DNA of 41,334 nucleotides from a virus: IMG/VR virus record IMGVR_UViG_3300045988_180547; one strand, 5' to 3'. Shown piece by piece: positions 27,079 to 36,477 of this stretch (position 1 is its first letter; each line of letters starts with the position of its first letter). The notes under the pieces were generated by a model. It saw only the letters and a program-made list of their open reading frames with translations, ran no database searches and was not told where the DNA came from. The position numbers and the translations under genes were made by a program.

Positions 27079-29386
27079 AGATAAAATCTACTACCTTAAA
27101 TTCATCAGCCTTTACAGATATAGTTTCTAATGAAAAACTATCTTTTGGAAACCTTGTTGATACTCTAGTATTAATAATAAATTTCTCTTCCAATAGCTGT
27201 TTTTTTAAGGTTCTCATATCCAAGAGCTCCAAAGTACTATTAGTTTTATTATGCTCCTCAGCTATAGCTTTATATAATAGATTAAATCTCACTAGATGCC
27301 TTCCATTATCAATCTTATAAAAATATTTCATATCTTGACCAGAGTCAGTTACTAGTTCCAATAACTCTAAAAAGTTACTAACAACATTATATTCATTTGT
27401 CAATCTTCTATTTAAAAACTCCACAAACTCTGTAATTATTTTGGTGTCTATCTTTATTAGTTCTGTAAGAGCTTTTAACCCTGTCAACATACATCTTCCA
27501 TTATAAAGTTGTCTCTCATCTTTCACATCTTTTAAAAACTCCTTTACCTCTTGGAGAGGAATATCTATAGCTCCTTTATTCAATCTTCTTTGTAGAGCTA
27601 GTTTTCCAAATTTTTCTAATAAATCTGTATGCTTCAAAGTGAAAAAAATCTCATCAGAACTTTTATTTTTTTTATTTAAGCTAGTACTAATCATTCTATT
27701 TTTTATAGAAACATCACTTAATTCTGTCTCTCCAGAGATTATAAGAGGTGTACAGAGTTTAAACTCTGTCAATTTTGCTGTAATATTCCCTTGGTTAATA
27801 GTTTTGTTATCATATACAGCTCTAATTATTGAATAAAGCTCTATTGCCTTCTCCTTTAAATTTTTACCTGTTATCTTAACCTCATCTATTACCCAAGGAG
27901 TTATATTGGAACAGCTACTTAAACTTCTAATCTGATGGTTTGTAAGAGTAGTAAAAGATTTTATATTCTCTTTATTCCCAAACAGTATCCTAGATATAAA
28001 CTCTACATACTCAGTCTTTCCTATGGAAGTAGTTCCACTAACTTCTAATATTGGATAACTCTCACTTATATGAAATCTTCCTAATGCCCAGCAAATTCCT
28101 AAAAGGCTTTGATTATTATCACTTCTCAGATTGACAAGATTTTTATTTAACCACTCCAACTGCTCCTCTGTAAGTGCCTCTAATGAACTCAAAGAGTGTA
28201 TTTTTAAATCTTGCTTAGTACAAATTACTCTGGAACTCTCATCATAGTAAACATCATCTATAATTCCATAGTGTGGTATCTCCAATAAATACTCCTCTTT
28301 ACTCTCATCTAATAACCAACTCCAAAATTTTGGAATACTTTGGGCACTTCCTAAAAAATATCCTAAATTTTCAAGTATTCCATTTTTAGTTAAAAGGTCC
28401 GTTTTGGTTGCTTTAAACTCTCTTTCTCTTCCATTACTTCTAACTATTCCCACTATATATGTATCTGAATACCCTGTAATTTTTACTATAAAATCTGTTA
28501 CCCTTACATAGTTTTCCTTTTGCCATACATAGTATCCATCCTCTTCCTCGTGAAAAGGAACATATACACTGCCTACTCTACTTGCTCCCTTTATAACCTC
28601 TATTAGAACCTCTGCTCCTGCTCCTTGAAGTATCTCATTGAAATCTTTGAACTCTTTCATATCTACTTCAAAAAGTTTTCTCTCAAATCCTGCTAATTTT
28701 TCTAAAATATGCTCTTTAGCATCTTCTCCAGCCTCATCATTATCTACTGCTATTATTATTTTAGAAAATTTACTAATCCACTCTTTCTGTGTATCTATAC
28801 ACTTTAAATTCTTAGCACCAAAGGGAAGACTTACTACATTTTCATACCCTACCTCTATAGCACTTAAAAGGTCTATCTCCCCTTCTACTATAATTAGGTA
28901 GGATTTATCTTTTATATTTTGCCAGTTAAGAAAATAGTCTGTTGCACTCTCTTTTTCAGCACTACATTTTTTATCTAAGGTTCTATATTTTATTCCTACA
29001 ACCTCTTTACCATTAGTAAGAGGTATCATCATACTATTATTTTTACCAAGCCTACATAATCTTCCTAATCCTTTTTCTGATATACCTCTTCCTTTTAAGT
29101 AAGAGAGCCAATCAGCACCTAGATGCTTATCGGCTCTTGCTTGAAAAAAGTCTGAAAAATTTACTCTATTTTTCTTCCTTTCTTTTATCTCTTTTACTTC
29201 AGGAAGTCTGTAATCCCAATTTTCTAAGTCTTTAATATTTCCACCTTTTCCACTCTTATGGCAAGTGTACATACCAGTTTTTACATTTACAGAGAAATCA
29301 GGATTACTCTCATCATACTTATCACAGATAGGACAGTAGTAGAATCTCAGTTCATCTCCATACACTTTATGTGTGTACTTATCCAT
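27074..29386 (-). CDS. DNA primase-helicase (zinc-finger plus Toprim plus P-loop NTPase)
   Basis: N-terminal CxxC...CHK zinc finger, Toprim motifs IIVEGEIDLLS and VDNDEAGE, Walker A SGTTSIGKT. Confidence 0.8.
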   Translation of the reverse strand: MDKYTHKVYGDELRFYYCPICDKYDESNPDFSVNVKTGMYTCHKSGKGGNIKDLENWDYRLPEVKEIKERKKNRVNFSDFFQARADKHLGADWLSYLKGRGISEKGLGRLCRLGKNNSMMIPLTNGKEVVGIKYRTLDKKCSAEKESATDYFLNWQNIKDKSYLIIVEGEIDLLSAIEVGYENVVSLPFGAKNLKCIDTQKEWISKFSKIIIAVDNDEAGEDAKEHILEKLAGFERKLFEVDMKEFKDFNEILQGAGAEVLIEVIKGASRVGSVYVPFHEEEDGYYVWQKENYVRVTDFIVKITGYSDTYIVGIVRSNGREREFKATKTDLLTKNGILENLGYFLGSAQSIPKFWSWLLDESKEEYLLEIPHYGIIDDVYYDESSRVICTKQDLKIHSLSSLEALTEEQLEWLNKNLVNLRSDNNQSLLGICWALGRFHISESYPILEVSGTTSIGKTEYVEFISRILFGNKENIKSFTTLTNHQIRSLSSCSNITPWVIDEVKITGKNLKEKAIELYSIIRAVYDNKTINQGNITAKLTEFKLCTPLIISGETELSDVSIKNRMISTSLNKKNKSSDEIFFTLKHTDLLEKFGKLALQRRLNKGAIDIPLQEVKEFLKDVKDERQLYNGRCMLTGLKALTELIKIDTKIITEFVEFLNRRLTNEYNVVSNFLELLELVTDSGQDMKYFYKIDNGRHLVRFNLLYKAIAEEHNKTNSTLELLDMRTLKKQLLEEKFIINTRVSTRFPKDSFSLETISVKADEFKVVDFIS

Positions 29387-29410
29387 CTGTACACCTCCTA
29401 CTTCCTGTTA

Positions 29411-29998
29411 TTAAAATGGAAACTCTTCTTCATCATCAACACTATCTTCTTTTTCTGTTACTTCTGGTTGAGTAGTTGCTCCAAATTTCTCTCTGTAGAA
29501 TTTTACATCTGTTGCCTCAGTCTTGTTTAAAATCTCATTAGTAGTTTTTTCAGTTTTTATATCAAAGAAATCTTTTATCTCATAATTGATATTATCTCCA
29601 TCTTTTTTAGCTTGAAGGATTACTCCTATCTCTTTTCCAGCTAAGTTAGTGATATATGTTCTACTTATCTCTTCTCCAGAGTAGGCTTTTACCTTTTTAA
29701 CCTCTGTTTTTAAGTTTTCTACCTTCAATTTTAATAAATATACCATTCTATTTAATAGTTTTTGAGCAAACTTATTATCTGTTCCATCTCCTTTTTTATG
29801 CCATAGTGTGACTCTTGCATATCCTTCACTGTTTTCCAAATTTAATGTTATTCCTACAGCTTTACTAGAACTTGAGTTAGTTAAATATGCTTCTTTTATT
29901 TCAAATTCATATACTCCACTCTTAGTTATTTTTTCTCCTCTTCCAACTGCTGTTGTTAAATCCTCTTGATTACTATTCCATAAGTTCATTCTCATCAT
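29411..29998 (-). CDS. single-strand DNA-binding protein (Sak4-associated SSB type)
   Basis: Acidic C-terminal tail DDEEEFPF typical of SSB; follows the Sak4-like ATPase. Confidence 0.5.
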   Translation of the reverse strand: MMRMNLWNSNQEDLTTAVGRGEKITKSGVYEFEIKEAYLTNSSSSKAVGITLNLENSEGYARVTLWHKKGDGTDNKFAQKLLNRMVYLLKLKVENLKTEVKKVKAYSGEEISRTYITNLAGKEIGVILQAKKDGDNINYEIKDFFDIKTEKTTNEILNKTEATDVKFYREKFGATTQPEVTEKEDSVDDEEEFPF

Positions 29999-30001
29999 CT
30001 C

Positions 30002-30634
30002 CTAATTAAAATATTCTCTTATTGCTTTATTTATTAATACTAAGTCATTCTCTATTTCATTTTCTGTAAACATATCTATTGGAGTCTTAGCGGGATCTAA
30101 TCCATTGACTATAAATTTATATTCACTTTCACTACCAAGAGCCAATATAACCATAGAAAATAACCCTTCTACAACTAACTTATCATCTAAAAATTTACCT
30201 ATCGTTTTCATGGATAACTTTCCATCTTGGTCCTTTTGTGTATGAGCCATTATATAAATTATGAGGTCATTTCTCATCTCATCTAACTTATTAAAAATAT
30301 CCATTATTCCAAAGGCTAGGGTTTCAAACTTTGTATATCCTGTTTCTTTTGCTCTTTCCTTATACCCATAAGTTAATAGATAATTAAAATCATCTATTAT
30401 CAGAGTTTTTATAGCTGTATTTTTTTCTATCTTATCCAAAGCCTTTATCACACTATCTATCCTTTTAGTAACAAAAAGATTTTTCTTTTCTAAATTATAA
30501 AGAGATTCAGATTTTTTAAAAGGTAATGGTTTTTCCACTGTCTTTATTATAAAAGTCTCCTCTGGCTTTAGATTTCTGATAGAAGTAGATTTCCCAGTTC
30601 CACTACTTCCTAAAATCAACACTTTTTGTGCCAT
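30002..30634 (-). CDS. Sak4-like RecA-fold ATPase (AAA_24)
   Basis: Walker A GSSGTGKST near the N-terminus, 210 aa, between the exonuclease and SSB. Confidence 0.6.
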   Translation of the reverse strand: MAQKVLILGSSGTGKSTSIRNLKPEETFIIKTVEKPLPFKKSESLYNLEKKNLFVTKRIDSVIKALDKIEKNTAIKTLIIDDFNYLLTYGYKERAKETGYTKFETLAFGIMDIFNKLDEMRNDLIIYIMAHTQKDQDGKLSMKTIGKFLDDKLVVEGLFSMVILALGSESEYKFIVNGLDPAKTPIDMFTENEIENDLVLINKAIREYFN

Positions 30635-30638
30635 CTCA

Positions 30639-31211
30639 TCACTTCCTTATCAAACTTGCTATTTCGAAAATAAGTTCTTTTGTAGCTTTTATATCTTCCA
30701 AACTATCATGTGCTTGAAACTCAATCCCAAAATAATTACACCAAGTTTCTAATTTATTATTTTCTAATACTGGAAGTATTCCACATAGTTGTAAAAATCC
30801 TATGCAAGGTAAAGGGTCTATAGTTGCTGAACTTATGTAGCTGAAAAGATAATTATCATTTTGTCTTTTAAATAAAGCTTGTAACATTTCTATATCAAAC
30901 TTTACATTATAGCCTGCTACTATAAACTTGTCCTCTTTATCATATTTATTTATGTACTTATCTAATATTTTCTTAAAGTAAAAATAAGTTTCTGCCTCTG
31001 ATTTATACTTTTCACTATCTAACTCTTTCAATGTTCTCCCTTGAACCTCTAAAGCTTTTGGATTAACTTCACTCCCTTCAAAAGGTTTTATGAAAAAGTT
31101 AAACTCCTCTACATCTTTTTTATCTATCCTTACTATTCCACTTAATTGGATAAGTGCTGACTCTTTGGGATTTACTCCACCTGTTTCTGTATCTAAAAAT
31201 AAAATTTTCAT
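30639..31211 (-). CDS. DnaQ-like 3'-5' exonuclease (DEDDh)
   Basis: Exo I FLDTETGG, Exo II YNVKFD, Exo III HDSLED. Confidence 0.75.
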   Translation of the reverse strand: MKILFLDTETGGVNPKESALIQLSGIVRIDKKDVEEFNFFIKPFEGSEVNPKALEVQGRTLKELDSEKYKSEAETYFYFKKILDKYINKYDKEDKFIVAGYNVKFDIEMLQALFKRQNDNYLFSYISSATIDPLPCIGFLQLCGILPVLENNKLETWCNYFGIEFQAHDSLEDIKATKELIFEIASLIRK

Positions 31212-31221
31212 TTTACACCTC

Positions 31222-31755
31222 TTATTTTATGTTTATAGTTGACTTTCTTATTAAAAATGCTCCTGGAACTTTCTCTCCTTTTTTTATAGCTTCTTTTATC
31301 AAAGTCTTTGAAATCTCCTTAGTTACCTTTACCTTTTCAACTCTATATTCATCTGGAACTAAAGTCTCATCAAAATAATCTACACTTTCTCTTCCTGCAC
31401 TCCAAGTTATATTTCCATTTGGAGTTTCTATCTTTTTAACTCCCATTTTCTCCATACACATTTTTATATAATTTTCAAAATTTTCCTGTTTCTTTTTTCC
31501 GAGTTTCTTTAGTTTTTCAAGTTTTTCTATCTCTTCATCTATGTTTTTTATCAAGCTATCTCTATTCTTATAATATTTAACTATATCTGCACTTTTTTCT
31601 TTTAAAGTAGTTTCTATTCCTTGTTGTAACTCTTCTAATAAAGCAGAATCTTTTATCTCCCCTGTCTCTTCATCAATAGCCATCTCCCATAATTCTTCCA
31701 TAGCTATCATTTCTTTGCTTATCCCATACAATGTTAATTCATTCACAACCATCAT
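31222..31755 (-). CDS. Gp157-family protein (siphovirus Gp157-like)
   Basis: Charged helical 177-aa protein in the usual position next to Sak4. Confidence 0.45.
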   Translation of the reverse strand: MMVVNELTLYGISKEMIAMEELWEMAIDEETGEIKDSALLEELQQGIETTLKEKSADIVKYYKNRDSLIKNIDEEIEKLEKLKKLGKKKQENFENYIKMCMEKMGVKKIETPNGNITWSAGRESVDYFDETLVPDEYRVEKVKVTKEISKTLIKEAIKKGEKVPGAFLIRKSTINIK

Positions 31756-32605
31756 CTCCTGTTTCTATTAAGTTATATTGCCAGCTAAATAGTTTTTCTA
31801 ATTTAGTCACTAATGTCTTTAGATATCTTATATCCTTTTTATCTTTTATCTCATTTTCTAAAGAGTGTCTGAGTTCATATCTAACCATCAAGATTCTACT
31901 CATCATCTCTCTAAAAATATTTACTTGTACTGGTTCTTTCTCTTTTACTTCATCACAAAAATCTACAGTCATTTTTAATGATTCTAGTACTCTTACTCTT
32001 TTCTCTTCCAATATTTCTAGTTGTTTCACATCTACAAAAGGTTTATTGTATTTAACTAATCTTGCTACACCTCTAGGAATCCATGCTAAAATCTCTTCAA
32101 ATTTTATTTTTAATTTTCCAGCATATACCATGTCATAACCTAAATCTTCCCACATGTCTCCTGTTATAATATTTCCAACATTTTTTAGTAGTGAATCTCT
32201 AAATTCAAAATTCTTTTGAACTAACTTATCATCTTGTAAAGCTTTTGCCAGTCTATTTTCATATCTAAGATAATCTATTAACATCTCATTTAATTCAAAT
32301 AAACTCATTAAGACTACTAAACTTGCTGGTGGTTTTGTTGCCTCTCTCATTTCTGGTAAAATCTCATCTAATTGTTTTTTAGCTAATGCTAACAACAATC
32401 TTTTTTCTTCAAAATTTTTAGTTAAAAGGCTTAATGATACTGTGCCCATTATTCCAGCTACCCTTTCTGAAAATTGATTCCCTTCAGCATTAAAATAATA
32501 AGTGAAAATTTTTAAGTCATTTTCATTAGTAATAAGTTCTTTCATTTTTTCAGTAGTAGCATTAAATACTTTTTTAACCTTTTTATCTCTTCTACTCTTC
32601 CTCAT
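31739..32605 (-). CDS. hypothetical early protein
   Basis: 288-aa ORF. Confidence 0.45.
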   Translation of the reverse strand: MRKSRRDKKVKKVFNATTEKMKELITNENDLKIFTYYFNAEGNQFSERVAGIMGTVSLSLLTKNFEEKRLLLALAKKQLDEILPEMREATKPPASLVVLMSLFELNEMLIDYLRYENRLAKALQDDKLVQKNFEFRDSLLKNVGNIITGDMWEDLGYDMVYAGKLKIKFEEILAWIPRGVARLVKYNKPFVDVKQLEILEEKRVRVLESLKMTVDFCDEVKEKEPVQVNIFREMMSRILMVRYELRHSLENEIKDKKDIRYLKTLVTKLEKLFSWQYNLIETGDDGCE

Positions 32606-32847
32606 TTTCTATTCCCTCCACCCATATATCTATCAGTACAGGGATTAGAAGTAATAACACCTCTCCGCCTATTGCTAGATACCCTCTTTGAATGTATGCT
32701 GACAGTGTTAAAATTATAGAAATTGCATATATTAATATTCTTGACTTATTTTTCATATTATCCTCTCCATTGAAATTTTTTACTGGATATGGTATAATAC
32801 TTCATCGGGTTTGAGGTATTATACCTTTGAGACTTTATAGTTGCCAG

Positions 32848-33147
32848 CTATAAGGTCTCCTTTTTATTTTCTACTAAAACCACTTCATATGGTATTCTAA
32901 AAGCTTCTAAAAATTGACAAGTATAGACAAAATAAGTCCATTCATTCTTAACTCTTTCTAGTGCTACACCCCAATTAAATAATCCATTCTGTAATCCTAA
33001 CCTCACATTTGAAGCATTTCTGTGAATAATTCTAGCTGCTAGTTCTGCTGAAATAGTTAGCCTATCACTAGGAACTATCATCTTATTGTCTCTTATTTCA
33101 AACATATCCATTCTATTTGTCTTAGTCATTACTATCATCTCCTTCAT
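32848..33147 (-). CDS. hypothetical protein
   Basis: 99-aa ORF. Confidence 0.4.
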   Translation of the reverse strand: MKEMIVMTKTNRMDMFEIRDNKMIVPSDRLTISAELAARIIHRNASNVRLGLQNGLFNWGVALERVKNEWTYFVYTCQFLEAFRIPYEVVLVENKKETL

Positions 33148-33275
33148 AAGTAGATAATCCTACCACATCATCATAGATGCATCCACAACTACTACAACAA
33201 ATAATATTTTCTGTTATGATGACTTCTGAATTGCAATAATCACATAAGTAAATTTTTTCTTTCATAACTTCCACC

Positions 33276-33476
33276 TCATATATGTCTTGGAGCTCTAGTA
33301 ACTAAAGTTGTTTTCCATTCTCTTATTTCTTTCTCTTGTTTAACTTGAGCTCCTATCTCTTTCATCTTTAATAGATTAGCTTCATTCTTTTCTCTCAATC
33401 TTTTAGCTTTTTTCTTTTTGCTACTTTTTCCTCTTCCCATTTCTATTTTCCTCCCATCCATATATAATTTCTCCAA
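33276..33476 (-). CDS. small basic protein
   Basis: 66 aa, K/R-rich. Confidence 0.35.
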   Translation of the reverse strand: MEKLYMDGRKIEMGRGKSSKKKKAKRLREKNEANLLKMKEIGAQVKQEKEIREWKTTLVTRAPRHI

Positions 33477-33549
33477 GTACTGTAACTAAAATAGCTATTA
33501 TTAAAAATATAATTAACATTTCCTAACTCCTAACTTTCTTTTCAATTTT

Positions 33550-33789
33550 TTATTGTATTTTTTTTAAACTTTTATTTTCTTCCTCAAGTTTTTCTAGTTC
33601 TTTTTCTAATTCTTTTAATGCTCTCAATCTACAATCTGATATTCTTCTTTCTTCTGCTAGCTCTTCTTCAAGTTTAGTTATCAATTTATCTTTAGCATTA
33701 ATCAAGCAATTTTTCTCATGTAAAGCCTCAGCATGTACATCTAAAATATCTACTACATCAATATTTAATTTCACTCCATTAATATTCAT
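33550..33789 (-). CDS. coiled-coil protein
   Basis: 79 aa, heptad-rich. Confidence 0.35.
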   Translation of the reverse strand: MNINGVKLNIDVVDILDVHAEALHEKNCLINAKDKLITKLEEELAEERRISDCRLRALKELEKELEKLEEENKSLKKIQ

Positions 33790-33800
33790 TTTGCACTCTC

Positions 33801-33986
33801 CTATAAATTTTTTAGTATTTGTTCTTTTACCTCTTTGAAATTAATACACTCATAATTAAAGATTTCTAAAGGGTCATTATCCCCAAACCATATTGTTATA
33901 GATTTTTCATCTAAACAAAGTTTTGTTATTTTTAGTGGGTTTACTAAATACTGTTCACTTGCAAATTCTACTTTTATGAATCTCAT
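33801..33986 (-). CDS. hypothetical protein
   Basis: 61-aa ORF. Confidence 0.35.
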   Translation of the reverse strand: MRFIKVEFASEQYLVNPLKITKLCLDEKSITIWFGDNDPLEIFNYECINFKEVKEQILKNL

Positions 33987-34778
33987 TTACTTTTCCTCCT
34001 CTCTTTCAATCATTGGTACTATGCCTTTAGTTTTTAAAAAATCATATAAGAACAATCTTCCTTTTTGTGTCCAATACATATGTGGTTTTGCCCCTTGCGT
34101 TCCATCAGGCTTATTGTAATTTTGTGTCTTAGTTTGTGTATATCCTTTATTTGCATATTTTTGATAAATAAACCACACATCACTTTGTTTGAATTGAATT
34201 TTTTCTTCATGTAATAATTTGTTAAAAGCTTTGGCAGACATTCCATAATCTTTAGCAATTACTGTTGCACTCAATAAATCTTTACATTGAAGTACTAAGT
34301 CATAATAAGTTGCTTTAGGTTGTAATTCTGCTATTTGCTGAGTTTTAACCTGATTATCAAGTTCTAATTTTTTTATTCTTTCTGATTTTCTTTCTATTGT
34401 CTTTTGAGCTACTAATAATGCTTTTGCCATTATTTCATCTTCTGTATCATCTTCTGAACTTACTATATAACCACCATTTTGCCTAATACTTGGTAAGATT
34501 TCATCACAAACCAAGTCTTGAAATTTTCTAGCTACTTCATTGTTAGCTTTCATACATAGTTTGTAGAAAATATTCTCTGGAATAAAGTTGTTTTCCACAC
34601 AAGTGTGGAAAGATAAATCTTCAAGATATTTATTAACTCTATCCCACATAATATACATTTTCCCATTCTTATTTCTTTCAAATCCAAGTCCTCTTGCTAC
34701 ATCTTCTAACTTTAAAAAAGCTATTCCTTTCTCATCTAAATAAGCACTTACTCCATTAATTACTGTTATTTTATTCAT
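33987..34778 (-). CDS. antirepressor (Bro-N / KilA-C type)
   Basis: N-terminal VINGVSAYLDEKGIAFLKLEDVARGLGF (Bro-N-like) and a C-terminal KilAC-like region; follows cro. Confidence 0.6.
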   Translation of the reverse strand: MNKITVINGVSAYLDEKGIAFLKLEDVARGLGFERNKNGKMYIMWDRVNKYLEDLSFHTCVENNFIPENIFYKLCMKANNEVARKFQDLVCDEILPSIRQNGGYIVSSEDDTEDEIMAKALLVAQKTIERKSERIKKLELDNQVKTQQIAELQPKATYYDLVLQCKDLLSATVIAKDYGMSAKAFNKLLHEEKIQFKQSDVWFIYQKYANKGYTQTKTQNYNKPDGTQGAKPHMYWTQKGRLFLYDFLKTKGIVPMIEREEEK

Positions 34779-34976
34779 TTATTCCACCTCTTTTATTGAA
34801 ATATTTAGTTCTTCACATATTTTTTTTCTAATATGTATTGCACTTCTGTTGCCTCTTATAACATCACTACAATAAGCTACTGAAATACCTAGCTTATTTG
34901 CTAATGAGGTTATAGTAATTTTTCTTTTTAGAAGTTCTATTTTTACTTCTACTTCAAATTTAGAAATTTCTCTCAT
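34779..34976 (-). CDS. Cro-like HTH regulator
   Basis: 65 aa, HTH ITSLANKLGISVAYCSDVIRG, divergent from the cI-like gene. Confidence 0.6.
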   Translation of the reverse strand: MREISKFEVEVKIELLKRKITITSLANKLGISVAYCSDVIRGNRSAIHIRKKICEELNISIKEVE

Positions 34977-35200
34977 TTTATCCCTCCTATTTTAGCTTTT
35001 AAGTTTAATTAAAAAAGTTGACTTATATTAGCTTTTATGCTAATATATAAGCATAAGAAAAAGAGATAATTCATTAGCCCCCCAGCTATATAAAATTATC
35101 TAAATTTCTATAAATTAAGCATTAATCTTAGCTTAAAAATATTATAATAGCTTTTAAGCTAATTGTCAAGTTTTTTTAAGCTAATTTCGAAAGGAGAATT
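34977..35200. promoter_or_regulatory. divergent cI/cro promoter-operator region with repeated AGCTTTTAAGCT-type half-palindromes
   Basis: tagcttttaag (34993), tagcttttatgctaat (35028), cttagcttaaaa (35124), tagcttttaagcta (35149), ttaagctaat (35176). Confidence 0.5.
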
Positions 35201-35503
35201 ATGGGAATAGTTGAAAGAATTAAAGAAATGGCTTTTAAACGTAAAAAAACAATAGCTGAAATTGAAAGAGAATTAAATTTAGGAAATGGAACAATCAGAA
35301 GATGGAATAATACTCTTCCATCAGGAAATATCTTAAAAAAAGTTGCTGAATACTTTGGAGTTACTATGGATTTTTTAGTTAATGGAAATGATTTAGAGAC
35401 TTCTAAGGCTATTATGCTAGGAAGACAATCAGAGAAATTAACTGATGAACAATATGAAGCTGTTTTTAATTTAATCCAAAGTATGATTAATAAAAAGAAA
35501 TAA
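35201..35503 (+). CDS. cI-like repressor (XRE-family HTH)
   Basis: HTH KTIAEIERELNLGNGTIRRWNN; RBS AAAGGAGAA. Confidence 0.7.
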   Translation: MGIVERIKEMAFKRKKTIAEIERELNLGNGTIRRWNNTLPSGNILKKVAEYFGVTMDFLVNGNDLETSKAIMLGRQSEKLTDEQYEAVFNLIQSMINKKK

Positions 35504-35507
35504 GGGG

Positions 35508-36233
35508 ATGATTTTTATTAAAGAAATTAGACACAATTATATATATGAAAAAATAAGTGAATTTCTTAATAGTCAAAATAACTTAGAATATCCACTTGAT
35601 CCTTTTCAAATAATTAAGGATAATGGTTGGCTTTTAGTTGCCTATAATGAAAATTCTTCTAAATTTTATGAAATTTCAAAAGAAGGTTTTTCTGTTTATG
35701 CTCCTGAACTAGATAATTTTGTTATTTTTTATAACAAAAATAGACAAAAAGAAAGAATATTTTTTACTCTTTTTCATGAAATTGGACATATTATTTTAAA
35801 TCATCATTTAGAATTTAAAACTCATATCTTAACTTCTATATTAGAAACTGATTTTGTGAAAAGTTTTGAAACAATAATAAATTATGAAGTTGATATAGAA
35901 ATTGAAGTAGAAGCTGATACTTTTGCTAGAAATCTATTATTACCTGCTTATATACTTGCTAATTTAGAATGTCTTGATAAAAAATTTATTTGTAAACAAT
36001 TCAAAATTAGTTCCTCTGCTTATGATTTTAGATTGAGTTGGATAGAAAAAGATTACCAAAACTTAATAAAACTTTTTAACACTCCAACTATTGTTGCTAT
36101 GGAAAAAAGTATAAACGATTTAAATTCTCATTTAAATATTTTTAAAGGTCTATTTGGATTAGATAATCCCTGTAAATATCTTTTATCCTATGAGGAAGAA
36201 CCTTTAGATTTTTGGGAAAATTTTCCATTTTAG
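35508..36233 (+). CDS. ImmA/IrrE-family metallopeptidase (anti-repressor protease)
   Basis: HEIGH zinc motif plus downstream EVEADTFARNLLLP; directly follows cI. Confidence 0.7.
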   Translation: MIFIKEIRHNYIYEKISEFLNSQNNLEYPLDPFQIIKDNGWLLVAYNENSSKFYEISKEGFSVYAPELDNFVIFYNKNRQKERIFFTLFHEIGHIILNHHLEFKTHILTSILETDFVKSFETIINYEVDIEIEVEADTFARNLLLPAYILANLECLDKKFICKQFKISSSAYDFRLSWIEKDYQNLIKLFNTPTIVAMEKSINDLNSHLNIFKGLFGLDNPCKYLLSYEEEPLDFWENFPF

Positions 36234-36298
36234 ATATACCACTTTAAAAATTAAAGCAGATAAAGCATACTCTTGAGAATCCCCATTTTATAAATTAT

Positions 36299-36382
36299 AT
36301 GAGAATGAAAGCAATACAAAAGAGTGAAGTAGATTATTTTGCTGTACACATTATGTTACATAAAGGAAATACTCAAGAGTAG
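36299..36382 (+). pseudogene. degenerate fragment resembling an ImmA C-terminal motif (KSEVDYFAVHIMLH)
   Basis: 27-codon ORF whose E-x-DYFA-x-x-hydrophobic pattern parallels EVEADTFARNLLLP of the intact ImmA. Confidence 0.25.
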
Positions 36383-36477
36383 CAAAGATATATTAAATTC
36401 AATGCATTTTGAAAATGAAATGGAACATTATTTAAATAAACTTAGAGAGCTTGGAAAATAAAAATGGAGGTGTTATA

